The position numbers and the translations under genes were made by a program. Positions 1 through 9,008 of a stretch of DNA of 59,301 nt are shown piece after piece. Position 1 is the stretch's first letter; every line of letters starts with the position of its first letter. Below the pieces are notes generated by a model, which was given only the letters and a program-made list of their open reading frames with translations, was not told where the DNA came from and ran no database searches. The stretch is from a virus (lineage: Duplodnaviria; Caudoviricetes), in the IMG/VR virus record IMGVR_UViG_3300033155_000832, positions 1 to 59,301 of that record; one strand, written 5' to 3'.

Positions 1-134
1 AACCATGTCACACAAAACTGCTGTATTTCCTTGCGTACTCGGTACCTGCGGTAACCTGCGCTCACGGTCTCATACTTGGTGGCGAGGATAGACAGGTCGC
101 GTCCGAACATCGCCAGCTTATCTCCGCCCGCCAT
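1..134 (-). CDS. partial hypothetical protein (runs off the left edge)
   Basis: ATG at 134 opens MAGGDKLAMFGRDLSILATKYETV... with no stop before base 1; it lies downstream of the promoter at 183-211. Confidence 0.5.
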   Translation of the reverse strand, partial: MAGGDKLAMFGRDLSILATKYETVSAGYRRYRVRKEIQQFCVTW

Positions 135-182
135 TGCGTTTTGGATTAACCGGTCTAGGTGTTCTTGTACGTTCATCCGTGT

Positions 183-211
183 ATTCTACACACTTGGATA
201 ACGGCTGTCAA
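183..211 (-). promoter_or_regulatory. sigma70-type promoter (cassette family)
   Basis: TTGACA-17 bp-TAGAAT with AAGTGTG directly before the -10; the -35 contains the TGA stop of the upstream gene. Confidence 0.75.
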
Positions 212-537
212 GAGCCGTGTCGGCAGATTGTACAGATCCATTCTCCGAGGCTTACAAACAGTGCCTCACGCTCTTCAGCGCATCCACCATTGATAGCTCG
301 CAAGAAGTCCTCACAGGCGACGTCATGTATCTGTAGTAGGGCGTGCTTGGTTTTCAGGTACACCGAGCGCTTGGCGTCGCAATATCCGGCTGTAATAAAC
401 TTACCGGCGGTAACCGGTACCATGAAAACAGTACGCCCGTCTAAGAAGCGGGCGTAGGTGTAATAGGTATGGGAGAGGCGGTCTAGCACGCAGACGCCTT
501 CAACGCGTCCGCAATGGCAGATAGGGTGGTGATCCAT
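208..537 (-). CDS. hypothetical Cys-rich protein
   Basis: 109-aa ORF with an AAGGA SD-like sequence; CHC and CxxC motifs. Confidence 0.55.
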   Translation of the reverse strand: MDHHPICHCGRVEGVCVLDRLSHTYYTYARFLDGRTVFMVPVTAGKFITAGYCDAKRSVYLKTKHALLQIHDVACEDFLRAINGGCAEEREALFVSLGEWICTICRHGS

Positions 538-546
538 GATACATCC

Positions 547-747
547 TTAAGAAGTCTTATGCGTCAGCTGTGCCGTACACGTATCGGCCAGTTGGTTCAT
601 CTGCGTAGTCATCTCCTGCATACTGCCCTTATCGCATAACCTGCGAAGCGCGCGCAAGCCGTCACTGAGGTTTACCGTACAGGCGGTGGCGCGGTCGAGG
701 TCGTGGAGTACGACAATGCGTTTACGGGGGTCGTCTGCGTTAGGCAT
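547..747 (-). CDS. hypothetical protein
   Basis: 66-aa ORF packed between co-oriented neighbours; AAGGA upstream. Confidence 0.5.
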   Translation of the reverse strand: MPNADDPRKRIVVLHDLDRATACTVNLSDGLRALRRLCDKGSMQEMTTQMNQLADTCTAQLTHKTS

Positions 748-1135
748 CGGTGGCGTCCTTCAGGGCTTGGGTTATGAGCGTCTGCATCGCAGGGGATATG
801 GTAACCGTATCTCCGTGCGTGTGTGCCTGTACTGTCAGCAGGGCAGTGTATAGTTGTATGCGGGTGGTGCGCTCTTGTCCGATCTCGGTCTGCAGTTTCG
901 TGATGTCGCGTTGCGCGCTTGCTAGCTCATCCTTCAGCACATCTGTTACGTTTAGTAGTCGGTCGAACCCTGCACGGAAGGCGTCAACGTCGGTCTGTTT
1001 ATCTTTGCTCTGCATGAGCCTGCGTGTGCGTAGGTAATGGAGCCCGTAACCTAGGATGGCGGTAACCGTGACCGCACCGGTAGTGGTCGGTGCTTGGTCT
1101 TTGAATGATTCGAAAATAGCGAGGAAGGACGACAT
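740..1135 (-). CDS. membrane-anchored coiled-coil protein (holin/spanin-like candidate)
   Basis: One N-terminal hydrophobic segment (GAVTVTAILGYGLHYL) followed by a heptad-like region. Confidence 0.5.
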   Translation of the reverse strand: MSSFLAIFESFKDQAPTTTGAVTVTAILGYGLHYLRTRRLMQSKDKQTDVDAFRAGFDRLLNVTDVLKDELASAQRDITKLQTEIGQERTTRIQLYTALLTVQAHTHGDTVTISPAMQTLITQALKDATDA

Positions 1136-1172
1136 TAGTTACATTTTAACGTAGTCAAGGCCTGCACGCATG

Positions 1173-1195
1173 AAAAAAGACGGTTACCCGTCTTT
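1173..1195 (-). terminator. intrinsic terminator
   Basis: Minus strand AAAGACGG-GTAA-CCGTCTTT hairpin running into a T-tract, just after the stop at 1214. Confidence 0.7.
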
Positions 1196-1213
1196 ATCGT
1201 TGTCAAGTGTGTT

Positions 1214-1657
1214 TTACAGGCTCTTGTATAGGTTCGTTAACACCCACTGGAACGCCAGCGCGTAGGCTTCGTCCCGCTTGCCTGTGTCCTTGAGGCTTCG
1301 GTACTCTGCGACCTTCTCCGTAGAGGCGAGCGCTTTGAACAAGTCTGCGGCGTGGCGTACGAGGCCACAAGCGATGGCCTCGCCTGCACGTACAGGCGAC
1401 CCGTGCTGTTCTCCGACCGCTGTGGCGAGCTGTTCGTTCTTCTCCCAGCATACCTCTGTTGCCTGCGGTGCCTGCGGTGCCTGTGCCTTGCCGGTTGAGG
1501 CGCTCGGTGAAAAACCTGCGGGCGCGTGTTCTAGCATGCACGCGGGAAGACTGACCTCTTTGCCGTCGTCCATCTGTACAAGGACACTGGTGCCAGTGAC
1601 CTCCTTTACAGTGCCTGCGATTCCTTCAAATACGATACGATCTTGTGCGTCAAACAT
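1214..1657 (-). CDS. hypothetical early protein with N-terminal SH3/KOW-like barrel
   Basis: 147-aa ORF headed by a full promoter-leader cassette; DRIVFEGIAGTVKEV...VLVQMDDG pattern. Confidence 0.7.
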   Translation of the reverse strand: MFDAQDRIVFEGIAGTVKEVTGTSVLVQMDDGKEVSLPACMLEHAPAGFSPSASTGKAQAPQAPQATEVCWEKNEQLATAVGEQHGSPVRAGEAIACGLVRHAADLFKALASTEKVAEYRSLKDTGKRDEAYALAFQWVLTNLYKSL

Positions 1658-1754
1658 GGTGTTCTCCTTAAGAGAGGGGGAAGTGGTTTACCCCTTCATT
1701 TTACACACTTCGATAACTGCTGTCAAGCGCTGTATATACTTTTTCGTATATTTT
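1658..1754 (-). promoter_or_regulatory. full cassette: upstream box, sigma70 promoter and conserved leader/RBS
   Basis: TATACGAAAAAGTATA (1735-1750), TTGACA (1721-1726)-17-TAAAAT (1698-1703), leader CCCTCTCTTAAGGAGAACACC-ATG. Confidence 0.85.
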
Positions 1755-1789
1755 ATGTCCGTTACGTAGTGATGCCGGTAGGCGTATAG

Positions 1790-1822
1790 AAAAACCGCCC
1801 ATCGTACTCGGAGGGGCGGTTT
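1790..1822 (-). terminator. intrinsic terminator
   Basis: AAACCGCCC...GGGCGGTTT stem plus T-run on the minus strand, downstream of the DUF932 gene. Confidence 0.7.
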
Positions 1823-1844
1823 AGGTTAACGGTCTGCGTAATGC

Positions 1845-2918
1845 TTACAGGGTAAGCTCGGACGCGAGTTGTTGTGCGATCGGGTCAAGTAAGAGACTGC
1901 CTGCGACGGCTAAGGCCTGCGACTTGATACGCGAGTCGGCTCCGTTGGGTAGGACGGTGGCATTGAACGCGCTCTCCGCTTGTATCCCTGTCGACTTGCC
2001 ACGACGGGGGCGACGGTCTAGTGTCTGTGTGACTGCGTTGAGTACGCCCCATGCTGTGCCGTAAGCGTCTGCAACCTGCGCACCCACGTCTTGATTATAC
2101 GTGTCACGGATTGCTTGGCGCATAGCCTCGATACGTGCCTGCGTGCCTGCCTTCTCTTCAGGCTTATCGCAGTCAGGGTACAAGTCTGCGATCACACGTT
2201 CCAAGTACGCCTCAGTCACCTGTGTGCCTGCCATACGCTCAGCCAACTGGCTATAACGCTGAAACGATTGTTGTGCCTGTTCGTACACTTGGGTTACCCG
2301 CGCGAGTTGTGTGGCATAGTTGCCGGTGTGGCGGATACTGAGTGTGTTGTTGCTGGAGCTGAACGCCAAGGCCAGCATATTCTGGCATACGATACGTAGT
2401 GACGTCGGGACGACCTTTGTACTGCCACTGCCGTCGTGGCTGGTGGCGATAAGAATGTATCGGTGGTTCGGGTCACCTGCCAATGGCGTATCGGTCTCGG
2501 GCATCTTAGCCAGCAACCAGATCCGACGTCCTCCGTGGGTAGCTCCGGCGGCTTCGTACTCGAGTTTGCCACCCTGCACGAGCTTGTCCATGAAGCGGAA
2601 TACTTCGCGGTTTTGGAACGGCTCATAACGGGAGCTGACGGCACCCAAGAACGCTCCGGTGTCGTCGCGATAGTTACCGACGACAGGTGTGTCGAGGAAC
2701 TTAGCGGGGCTCATTACAGAACCCTCGGGCGTTTCTATCTCACGTGGTGGTATGCCGATATACATAGGCGCCTGCTCAACCGACCAATCAAGACCCGCCT
2801 TCTGGCAGGCGTCTTCCCATGTGGCGGTACCGCGAACGTCCGCGCCAATACGACGCCATGCGGGTTGGAAAGTAGATGCAGGGGCAGGGGCAGGGGTTAC
2901 GGTGGCTGTGCTGGTCAT
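1845..2918 (-). CDS. DUF932 family (phage/plasmid-like TIGR03299) protein
   Basis: W..AGLDWSV, VSSRYEPFQN, GGRRIWLLA, SHDGSGS, RIVCQN, IRHTG and TAWGVLNAVT motifs; start moved to the ATG at 2918 after the conserved leader. Confidence 0.85.
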   Translation of the reverse strand: MTSTATVTPAPAPASTFQPAWRRIGADVRGTATWEDACQKAGLDWSVEQAPMYIGIPPREIETPEGSVMSPAKFLDTPVVGNYRDDTGAFLGAVSSRYEPFQNREVFRFMDKLVQGGKLEYEAAGATHGGRRIWLLAKMPETDTPLAGDPNHRYILIATSHDGSGSTKVVPTSLRIVCQNMLALAFSSSNNTLSIRHTGNYATQLARVTQVYEQAQQSFQRYSQLAERMAGTQVTEAYLERVIADLYPDCDKPEEKAGTQARIEAMRQAIRDTYNQDVGAQVADAYGTAWGVLNAVTQTLDRRPRRGKSTGIQAESAFNATVLPNGADSRIKSQALAVAGSLLLDPIAQQLASELTL

Positions 2919-3026
2919 GGTGTTCTCCTTAAGAGAGGGGGTAGGGACACAGTATAGTACAGACTGCATTTTACACACTTCGCGAACACCTGTCAAGAGC
3001 CTTGTATACTTTTTCGTATATTTTTT
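2919..3026 (-). promoter_or_regulatory. full promoter-leader cassette
   Basis: Box 3005-3020, TTGACA 2991-2996-17-TAAAAT 2968-2973, leader 2919-2939 identical to 1658-1678. Confidence 0.85.
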
Positions 3027-5001
3027 ATTTGTCCTCGTACCCTGCGTAGTACAGCCCTGCTTGTTGCGCCTCATCGAGTAAGCGGTCTTCGTCCCATACG
3101 ATGACGTCCAGCTCGATTGCCCGCTCCAGCTTACTGCCTGCACCTATGCCTGCGACTAGGATGTCGGTTTTTCTGCTGACGGATTTACTTATCGCGCCTC
3201 CCATTTGTTTGATCATGTCATGCACTTCTTTGCGGGTATGCTGAAGGAGTGTGCCGGTTACGCAGACGCGCTTGCCTGTTACCTCGGTGTCCACGGTCTC
3301 GCGTACCTCTATGTCCTGCCCCACGCCTGCGGACGCCAACAAACGTAGTGAGCGTTGTCCGTACGCTTCCATGCCTGTACACAGCGACGCAAAGACTGCG
3401 TCCCCTAATATATCATGCGCGTGGTCTGCGTACGCGCTCAGGAACAAGCTAAATGATTTGTACGTATCGCCAAGGGTCTCGACCGCGCTGTTACCCACCA
3501 ATGGAATGCCTATCGCCCGTAAGAGGATCGTCCACTGTTTTTCTTTACTCTTCTCCAACGACGCATATACCTGCTCGCCCTTGCTGTCGCCAAGGAAGTC
3601 ACAGAAGGAGGCGCAACTGTAGTGATAGAGGTCTGCGGGTTGGGACACTCCGCATTCGATCAATATGGCTATGGCGCCCGGCCCTAACCCTTGTATATCC
3701 ATGTTGTCGCGTGATGTGAAGTAGATGAGACGTGCTTCTAATGCTCCGGCACATTGTCGGTTCACGCACTGAAGGTGTTTGCCTTGCTCGGCTATGCTTC
3801 CGGTACAGACGGGGCAGGCCTCCGGAGCTTTGCAATGCGCGCCTGCGTTGTTGCTCACGGCTATGTTGAGCACCTGCGGGATGATTTCGCCCGCTTTCGT
3901 GACTTCGATGTCGTCGCCTATGCACAGCTCACCAAGGCTCTCGAGGTAGGTGCGGTTATGTAGTGTAGCGTGCCGTACTTTCGTGCCCGACAGGTCGACT
4001 GCGTCAAAGGTTGCTCGCGGGGTCAGTCGTCCGGTGCGCCCGACCTGCCAGTCCACTTTGCGTAAGGTGGTGACTCCTCGCTCGCTTGGGAACTTGTACG
4101 CGAGTGCCCATGCGTGTTCGGTGCGCTTGTCGCCTATCTGTGCGATCTGCTTAGTGTTCGTAACCTTGATCACCACTCCGTCACATGCGTAGTCTAATGT
4201 GTCGCAGACGACGTGCATCGCCTCCACTGCGTCCCAGCATTCCTCCAAGTCGACCCCTGTGTCTGCGCAGGCGTCCACGGGTGCGTGTTGCGCTCCTAGG
4301 CGTGCGTCAGGGTAGGTGACGTGCTTGGCTCCGTTCGCGAGGACGGTTAGGTACGGTTGAAACTCCATACGCACGTCTTCAGGGTACGTACCATCAGCTA
4401 TCGGGCATTTTTTCCTGCGCAACCAACCTGCCACGGTGTTACGGGGGTTTGCGTACTCCGCGCCTCGCTCGACCAACAGATTGAACGCGGTATAGCTTAA
4501 GAGCGCTTCTCCACGTACTTCACCTGTAAAAGGTGTGCCTGTGTGGTAATTGACGTTAGAAAAACTATCAATCAGGTGTGACACGGTGTCCCCTGTCTTA
4601 CCGTTACCGCGCGTTACCGCCCGCATGAGCCGTCCGTTCTCGTAATGTAGTGACAGGGCACAACCGTCAAACTTAGGCTGAACCATCAGCTTCGTCTCGG
4701 GTGTGAAGCGGGTGAGCCAACGGGATAAGCTAGGCTTGTCGAACGCGTTGGCAAGCGACAACATAGGTGCGGGGTGGGTGTGCTTGGTGTGGGCGGAGGT
4801 CGTATGACATACCCGCTTGGTAGGGGAGTCGTCCAAGGTTCCGTGCTTCTCTTCGAGGTCTTGTAGCTCACGGTACCGGCAGTCGTACGCTTCGTCGGAC
4901 ATGATGGGGACGCCTTTGCAGTAGGCATCGTCCGCGCTGTTAAGCGCTTGGAGTAGTTGTAGCATACGGCGTTGGGGTTCGTTCCGGCGGATCAGAGGCA
5001 T
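3025..5001 (-). CDS. ligA: NAD-dependent DNA ligase
   Basis: MLSLAN, KFDG adenylation motif, TRGNG..G, EVRGE, DGVVIK, VGRTG, ATLHN, Zn finger CPVC..C..C and C-terminal BRCT (VCVTG..SVSRKTD.LVAG..AGSKL); start placed downstream of the 5036-5064 promoter. Confidence 0.95.
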   Translation of the reverse strand: MPLIRRNEPQRRMLQLLQALNSADDAYCKGVPIMSDEAYDCRYRELQDLEEKHGTLDDSPTKRVCHTTSAHTKHTHPAPMLSLANAFDKPSLSRWLTRFTPETKLMVQPKFDGCALSLHYENGRLMRAVTRGNGKTGDTVSHLIDSFSNVNYHTGTPFTGEVRGEALLSYTAFNLLVERGAEYANPRNTVAGWLRRKKCPIADGTYPEDVRMEFQPYLTVLANGAKHVTYPDARLGAQHAPVDACADTGVDLEECWDAVEAMHVVCDTLDYACDGVVIKVTNTKQIAQIGDKRTEHAWALAYKFPSERGVTTLRKVDWQVGRTGRLTPRATFDAVDLSGTKVRHATLHNRTYLESLGELCIGDDIEVTKAGEIIPQVLNIAVSNNAGAHCKAPEACPVCTGSIAEQGKHLQCVNRQCAGALEARLIYFTSRDNMDIQGLGPGAIAILIECGVSQPADLYHYSCASFCDFLGDSKGEQVYASLEKSKEKQWTILLRAIGIPLVGNSAVETLGDTYKSFSLFLSAYADHAHDILGDAVFASLCTGMEAYGQRSLRLLASAGVGQDIEVRETVDTEVTGKRVCVTGTLLQHTRKEVHDMIKQMGGAISKSVSRKTDILVAGIGAGSKLERAIELDVIVWDEDRLLDEAQQAGLYYAGYEDK

Positions 5002-5035
5002 ACGAGGGCTTTCGGTAAAAGTGGTTATGCCCTGT

Positions 5036-5064
5036 ATTCTACACACTTCATTCTGTATTGTCAA
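5036..5064 (-). promoter_or_regulatory. sigma70-type promoter (cassette family)
   Basis: TTGACA-17-TAGAAT with GAAGTGTG before the -10; overlaps the stop of the upstream gene. Confidence 0.75.
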
Positions 5065-5443
5065 CACCTGTCTGCGAATTGCTGTCTTCTATTGTCTCCC
5101 ACAGCACAGACCACCCAAACAGGGTTACGATCGTAAAAATGAAGACGGCTGTACGTACTGAGAATTTGGAGCGCATTGTGTTGACGATGAACAGCAGATC
5201 CGCAATCAGCTTCATACGTAGTCGACGTACGAGCCCCTTTGTCCTGCGTATGTCGTCGTAATCGAGGTCGTGGGCGAACGCGGCGTGCATGAGCGCGAGT
5301 ACGAATGAGAAGCCTGTTACCCCGTCGCTGTAGAAGTCGGTGGCGCGCTCACGGTGAAAGGCTTTCGCGCATTTGATGCGTGCGATATGGTCGCCTGCAT
5401 GCTCTAGGTGTAGTGTTAAGCGTTCTGCAGTGTCGATAGGCAT
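5048..5443 (-). CDS. hypothetical membrane protein
   Basis: 131-aa ORF with a C-terminal hydrophobic segment (TAVFIFTIVTLFGWSVLW). Confidence 0.55.
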   Translation of the reverse strand: MPIDTAERLTLHLEHAGDHIARIKCAKAFHRERATDFYSDGVTGFSFVLALMHAAFAHDLDYDDIRRTKGLVRRLRMKLIADLLFIVNTMRSKFSVRTAVFIFTIVTLFGWSVLWETIEDSNSQTGVDNTE

Positions 5444-5444
5444 A

Positions 5445-6116
5445 TCAGGCTCCTAGGGGCTGTGTTAGGCTTTCCAGCATGTAGCTTCGGATAGTGTCGC
5501 TCTGGCTGATCGGGTTACCGAACCACGCCGTTACGGTGTCCGCGCTAACCGTATTATAGAGGTCTGCGGTGCCTGTGTGTTGGTAGGTCAGTAGGTCGGT
5601 CATAATGCCTGTGAGGTAGGTCTGACCGGCTGTGAGTGCTTCGCCCACGGTAGCGAAGGCGTTGGGGTGTCCAGATGACGGCCCTTGCGTCAGTACCAAC
5701 AGTCCCAGCACATCCATTTCGAGCTGGTTAACCACGTTCTCCCTGCGTTTCGCCGCCGCCTTTTTCGCGTTGGCTAGGTCGTACACCTTGTGGCGCGTTT
5801 TCTGATTAGCGGGGGTAGTGTCGAGCGTGCCGTCTGCGTGGTACCATGATATGACGGTGGTACGAGTAGCCGGAAAACCGTACACATCGTAGGTGTATGT
5901 AATGTCTTCGTGGACGATATGATCCGAGTGCGTCTTGGTGGGTGCGTCATAGTCCGCGCAGTAGTCGCGCTGAAGTATCTCGCCTTTAACCATGGTGATC
6001 TCCGCGTCCAGCCTTACGTCTAACTGTACGATATAGTTAATCGACTTAGGGGGTTGGTTGTAGTCGAACCGCCCGATGTCGTTATGGTCTTCGAGGTAGG
6101 TGTAAATACGGTACAT
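5445..6116 (-). CDS. hypothetical protein, probably virion/fibre-associated
   Basis: 223-aa ORF abutting the MAM gene (TAA-ATG) within the fibre-like cluster. Confidence 0.6.
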   Translation of the reverse strand: MYRIYTYLEDHNDIGRFDYNQPPKSINYIVQLDVRLDAEITMVKGEILQRDYCADYDAPTKTHSDHIVHEDITYTYDVYGFPATRTTVISWYHADGTLDTTPANQKTRHKVYDLANAKKAAAKRRENVVNQLEMDVLGLLVLTQGPSSGHPNAFATVGEALTAGQTYLTGIMTDLLTYQHTGTADLYNTVSADTVTAWFGNPISQSDTIRSYMLESLTQPLGA

Positions 6117-6806
6117 TTATACGCTCGTCAGTTGTATGAGGTCGAGTGCCATGTCGGATCGTTTCCCGTTGCCTACTTCGAATACGAACCTGATCACCTC
6201 CGCGCCTAGTCCTACAGTGCTCACGACTTCTTCTGTGTATGCGTCCGTCTCGTCGGTCTGTAGTGCTCCGGAATGTACTGCAAGATCCGTCCAGATCGGG
6301 GACGTACGGTCAGTGGCGTACTGCAGGCGTACGGTTCCTGTTGCACTCCCGTACATGTGACGCCAATAACGTACTTCGGTGAGCGCCTTGAAATAAGACG
6401 TGGTTAGATAGCTCGTGTTGTTTTTATTGCCCGAGGCCTCGGTGTACACGTACCATGACCCGCTGTGCGCGGAGGCAGGGCCGGTATTGTTCGTAGGTGT
6501 ACCGCCTGTATCCCTACGTAGTGTGGTGCCTCCTGCGTCTTGGCTGTTATCGACCACCCACTCCCCTGTGTCGGTCTCGAAGTCCTCAACGTATATGCCT
6601 GCAGGACCTGTCCCTTCGTCCGGAGGGCTAAACGGTTCCCCTGTCTGCACAACCAACCACGTATCCGTGGCGGGGTCTCCGTAGTATAGGATCATATTCG
6701 CGCTGTCGTACGCGAAAAAGCCCACACGTACCTCGGCCTCTAGCTCTACGGCTGTAAGGTTGAGCACGACTCGAGTTAACTGTTCTGTTTCTATTCGTGT
6801 TGCCAT
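6117..6806 (-). CDS. fibre-like protein with MAM domain
   Basis: DFE...W, TP..NTGP..AHSG.WYVYTEAS, YWRHMYG..TG.V.L and DMALD.I match the MAM consensus; N-terminal G..AYD...LYYGD...W fibre-type segment. Confidence 0.7.
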   Translation of the reverse strand: MATRIETEQLTRVVLNLTAVELEAEVRVGFFAYDSANMILYYGDPATDTWLVVQTGEPFSPPDEGTGPAGIYVEDFETDTGEWVVDNSQDAGGTTLRRDTGGTPTNNTGPASAHSGSWYVYTEASGNKNNTSYLTTSYFKALTEVRYWRHMYGSATGTVRLQYATDRTSPIWTDLAVHSGALQTDETDAYTEEVVSTVGLGAEVIRFVFEVGNGKRSDMALDLIQLTSV

Positions 6807-6812
6807 AGTCGT

Positions 6813-7631
6813 TTACGCCTCTATCGAGGAAGCCATGACCTTACTGCCTGTACGCGGGGCGGAGGTGAATGTAATATCTGCACCACTGATGGTATAGTCG
6901 TCACCGGGGTCTTGTATGACTCCGTTGTAGGAGACTTCGACAGTACCTGTAATCGGGGTCGATGCGAGCTGGAACAAGGTATTCAGGCTGTTGATGATTC
7001 CCGTTGGGTGCTCATTGACCTTTAGCTTAGCAATAGCCAGCTTGCGCAATTCGAGGTCGTCAAGAAGCGCCTGTACGTTTGTGCCCGTCTGGTCGCCTGA
7101 AGGTGTTGCCGTAACCTGCGCCGCGGTGTAGTCACCTGCTTGTGCAGTAACCGTGCCTGTACGCCCGAATACGCTATTGACCGCGTCCGTGTTGTCGACC
7201 TTGTTCCACGCGCTGTTGACGAATACCAACCAGTCGCCTACTCCCCAGTCGTCAATACCGTCTAGGGTGGTGGTGCCTGCCACGCTCACAATATAATAAC
7301 TGTTCGCGTCTCCTACGCCTGACGCGAGGGTAGGTGTATTGGTGTTGGCATTCCACAGACCCTTAAACTCGAGCCCTGACGTGATCGCCAGCGCGAGGTT
7401 GTCCAGCGCGTCACTGACGGTAATGCCGGTTACGCCCGAATCGTTGCCGATGTTGTCGGACGTGGCGTCGACTGCGTCAAACTTATCATCCAGCGCCGCC
7501 TGTAGTAGGCTGATGGTCGAGATCGCCTGCGTGCCTGTATGGTTACCGCGCGCAAACGGGTCACTGGTGCCCTTCGCGGCGAGGTCAATCGTGTTGTCGC
7601 GTAACTGTGTGCCGTGAATAGAAGTAGCCAT
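6813..7631 (-). CDS. virion fibre/decoration protein
   Basis: RGNHTGTQ, FKGLWNANTNTPTL..YYIVSVAG..W.VGDWLVF, VNSVFGRTG and C-terminal E.P.G..N..F.L..NGV.Q..GDDYT motifs typical of phage fibre proteins. Confidence 0.7.
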   Translation of the reverse strand: MATSIHGTQLRDNTIDLAAKGTSDPFARGNHTGTQAISTISLLQAALDDKFDAVDATSDNIGNDSGVTGITVSDALDNLALAITSGLEFKGLWNANTNTPTLASGVGDANSYYIVSVAGTTTLDGIDDWGVGDWLVFVNSAWNKVDNTDAVNSVFGRTGTVTAQAGDYTAAQVTATPSGDQTGTNVQALLDDLELRKLAIAKLKVNEHPTGIINSLNTLFQLASTPITGTVEVSYNGVIQDPGDDYTISGADITFTSAPRTGSKVMASSIEA

Positions 7632-7646
7632 AGTATGTTCCTTGGG

Positions 7647-8144
7647 TTAGACGGGTACGTAGGTTGCGCGCAGACTGTCAGACGGGACAGGCACGGCTCC
7701 GAGTGTAAAAGTTATTGTAGCCGAGTTTGCGGGGCGCGTATAGTCGTCGCCTTGTTTCTGGACAACCCCGTTGCGGTCGAGCAAGAGGCTCCCGTCTGTA
7801 GCGCCTGCGCTCAATGTGAATATCGTATTCACTCCGTCGGTCGTACCTGCAGGCGTTTCGGTAACCTGAGGTGCCCGTTGTGTCTGCCAATCGGTACCGC
7901 CTAGCTCGCTGTTTACTGCCGACACCACTTCTGCGTCGAAGTCAGTGATGGATGACACCGGCTGTGTGCCTGTATGGTTACTGCGGTTAAAGGCGAAGCC
8001 TAAGATGGTGGCCACGGAAATAACAACCGTAGTGCCTCTTGGGGTCTCGGTCGGGTCTGTGGGGTCGTACCCCACGGCAAACGACCCTGCGGTGTTGCTT
8101 GTTAACGGGAAGGCGTCAACAGGTGTAGGTGTCTGCGCAGGCAT
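7647..8144 (-). CDS. virion fibre/decoration protein, paralogous to 6813-7631
   Basis: Shares R.NHTGTQ and the ETP.G..DG.NT.F.L..NGV.Q..GDDYT module. Confidence 0.7.
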   Translation of the reverse strand: MPAQTPTPVDAFPLTSNTAGSFAVGYDPTDPTETPRGTTVVISVATILGFAFNRSNHTGTQPVSSITDFDAEVVSAVNSELGGTDWQTQRAPQVTETPAGTTDGVNTIFTLSAGATDGSLLLDRNGVVQKQGDDYTRPANSATITFTLGAVPVPSDSLRATYVPV

Positions 8145-8461
8145 TAGAGCACCGGTGTTGGAGGAGTCTCGGGTCGCACCTGTAGCTTCACCTCGCGCTC
8201 ATGCGCCATGATCATTAGGCTCGCCTGTGCGCCTCCTGCTAGGCCTGTAACCCACATATAAGGGTAGAGCATGATCGCCTGTGCTTCGATAGGCTGTTCG
8301 GTATCCCTGCGCACCACGTGTATGTCGATGGCGTCTGTTGGGGCGGGGATCAGAGACCCGTACACTGTGACGGTGGTAGAACCTCCGAACAGTAGCTGGT
8401 AACGCCCGAGGTTCGTGCCGGGGTGTTGTACGCGGTACAGAATGTCAGCGGAGAGTTTCAT
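8144..8461 (-). CDS. hypothetical protein
   Basis: 105-aa ORF with stop/start overlaps on both sides. Confidence 0.55.
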   Translation of the reverse strand: MKLSADILYRVQHPGTNLGRYQLLFGGSTTVTVYGSLIPAPTDAIDIHVVRRDTEQPIEAQAIMLYPYMWVTGLAGGAQASLMIMAHEREVKLQVRPETPPTPVL

Positions 8462-8673
8462 CTTGTAGTGTCAAACCAGTTCTGCGGTCGTGGGAACGCC
8501 ATATTCGTATCTAGGTCGCGATACAATGGGCGCGAGAGGTCGAACGTGAGGGAGCGCTCTATCTGTGTCACAATAGCTCCGCAGTCCCACGCAAGATTCA
8601 CGAGGCACTTGGACATATCCATAGACACCACGCCTTTAGTCAGGTCGAGCGATACTAGGTATAGACATGCCAT
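8458..8673 (-). CDS. hypothetical protein
   Basis: 71-aa ORF with GGAGG SD and a TATAAT at 8693-8698 upstream. Confidence 0.5.
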   Translation of the reverse strand: MACLYLVSLDLTKGVVSMDMSKCLVNLAWDCGAIVTQIERSLTFDLSRPLYRDLDTNMAFPRPQNWFDTTR

Positions 8674-8700
8674 AAAAGCCTCCGTAGTGCTTATTATACC

Positions 8701-9006
8701 TTAAAGGTCGGGTAACCCTTTTTTATTAGGAGGGTCATCGGCAGGCGGGGGTGGCGGTGGCGGTGCGAAGTGTTTCGACTCCACCTGCCCTATCGGAGAG
8801 ATTGACAAATCGGATAACTTGAATTTACTGCGCGCGTCTTCGAGCGCTGTCTCTTTTTCCACGTCGGGCGTCAGCCTGCGCATATCGTAATAATCCTGCA
8901 CATCGTCCTCGCTGGGCTTATAAGCCTCCACCAGACCGTGCGTCCACGCTTCGATAGGGGTAGGGGTCTGCTCTAACAGCCACGCGCGTATAAGTGTCTT
9001 GTCCAT
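8701..9006 (-). CDS. hypothetical protein with poly-Pro tail
   Basis: MDKTLIRAW start with GGAG SD; PPPPPPP near the C-terminus. Confidence 0.55.
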   Translation of the reverse strand: MDKTLIRAWLLEQTPTPIEAWTHGLVEAYKPSEDDVQDYYDMRRLTPDVEKETALEDARSKFKLSDLSISPIGQVESKHFAPPPPPPPADDPPNKKGLPDL

Positions 9007-9008
9007 TA

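Noticed and set aside
2919-3143. Long N-terminal extensions in the ORF track (DUF932 to 3143, ligase to 5067, sbcD to 26832, SSB to 31990, hub to 55832, HU to 23246)
   Set aside because: They run through promoters or upstream genes; better starts with SD or stop-start coupling exist downstream
4578-4592. GTGACA-CGG-TGTCCC, a near match to the palindrome in ligA
   Set aside because: One arm mismatch and a different spacer; compatible with chance
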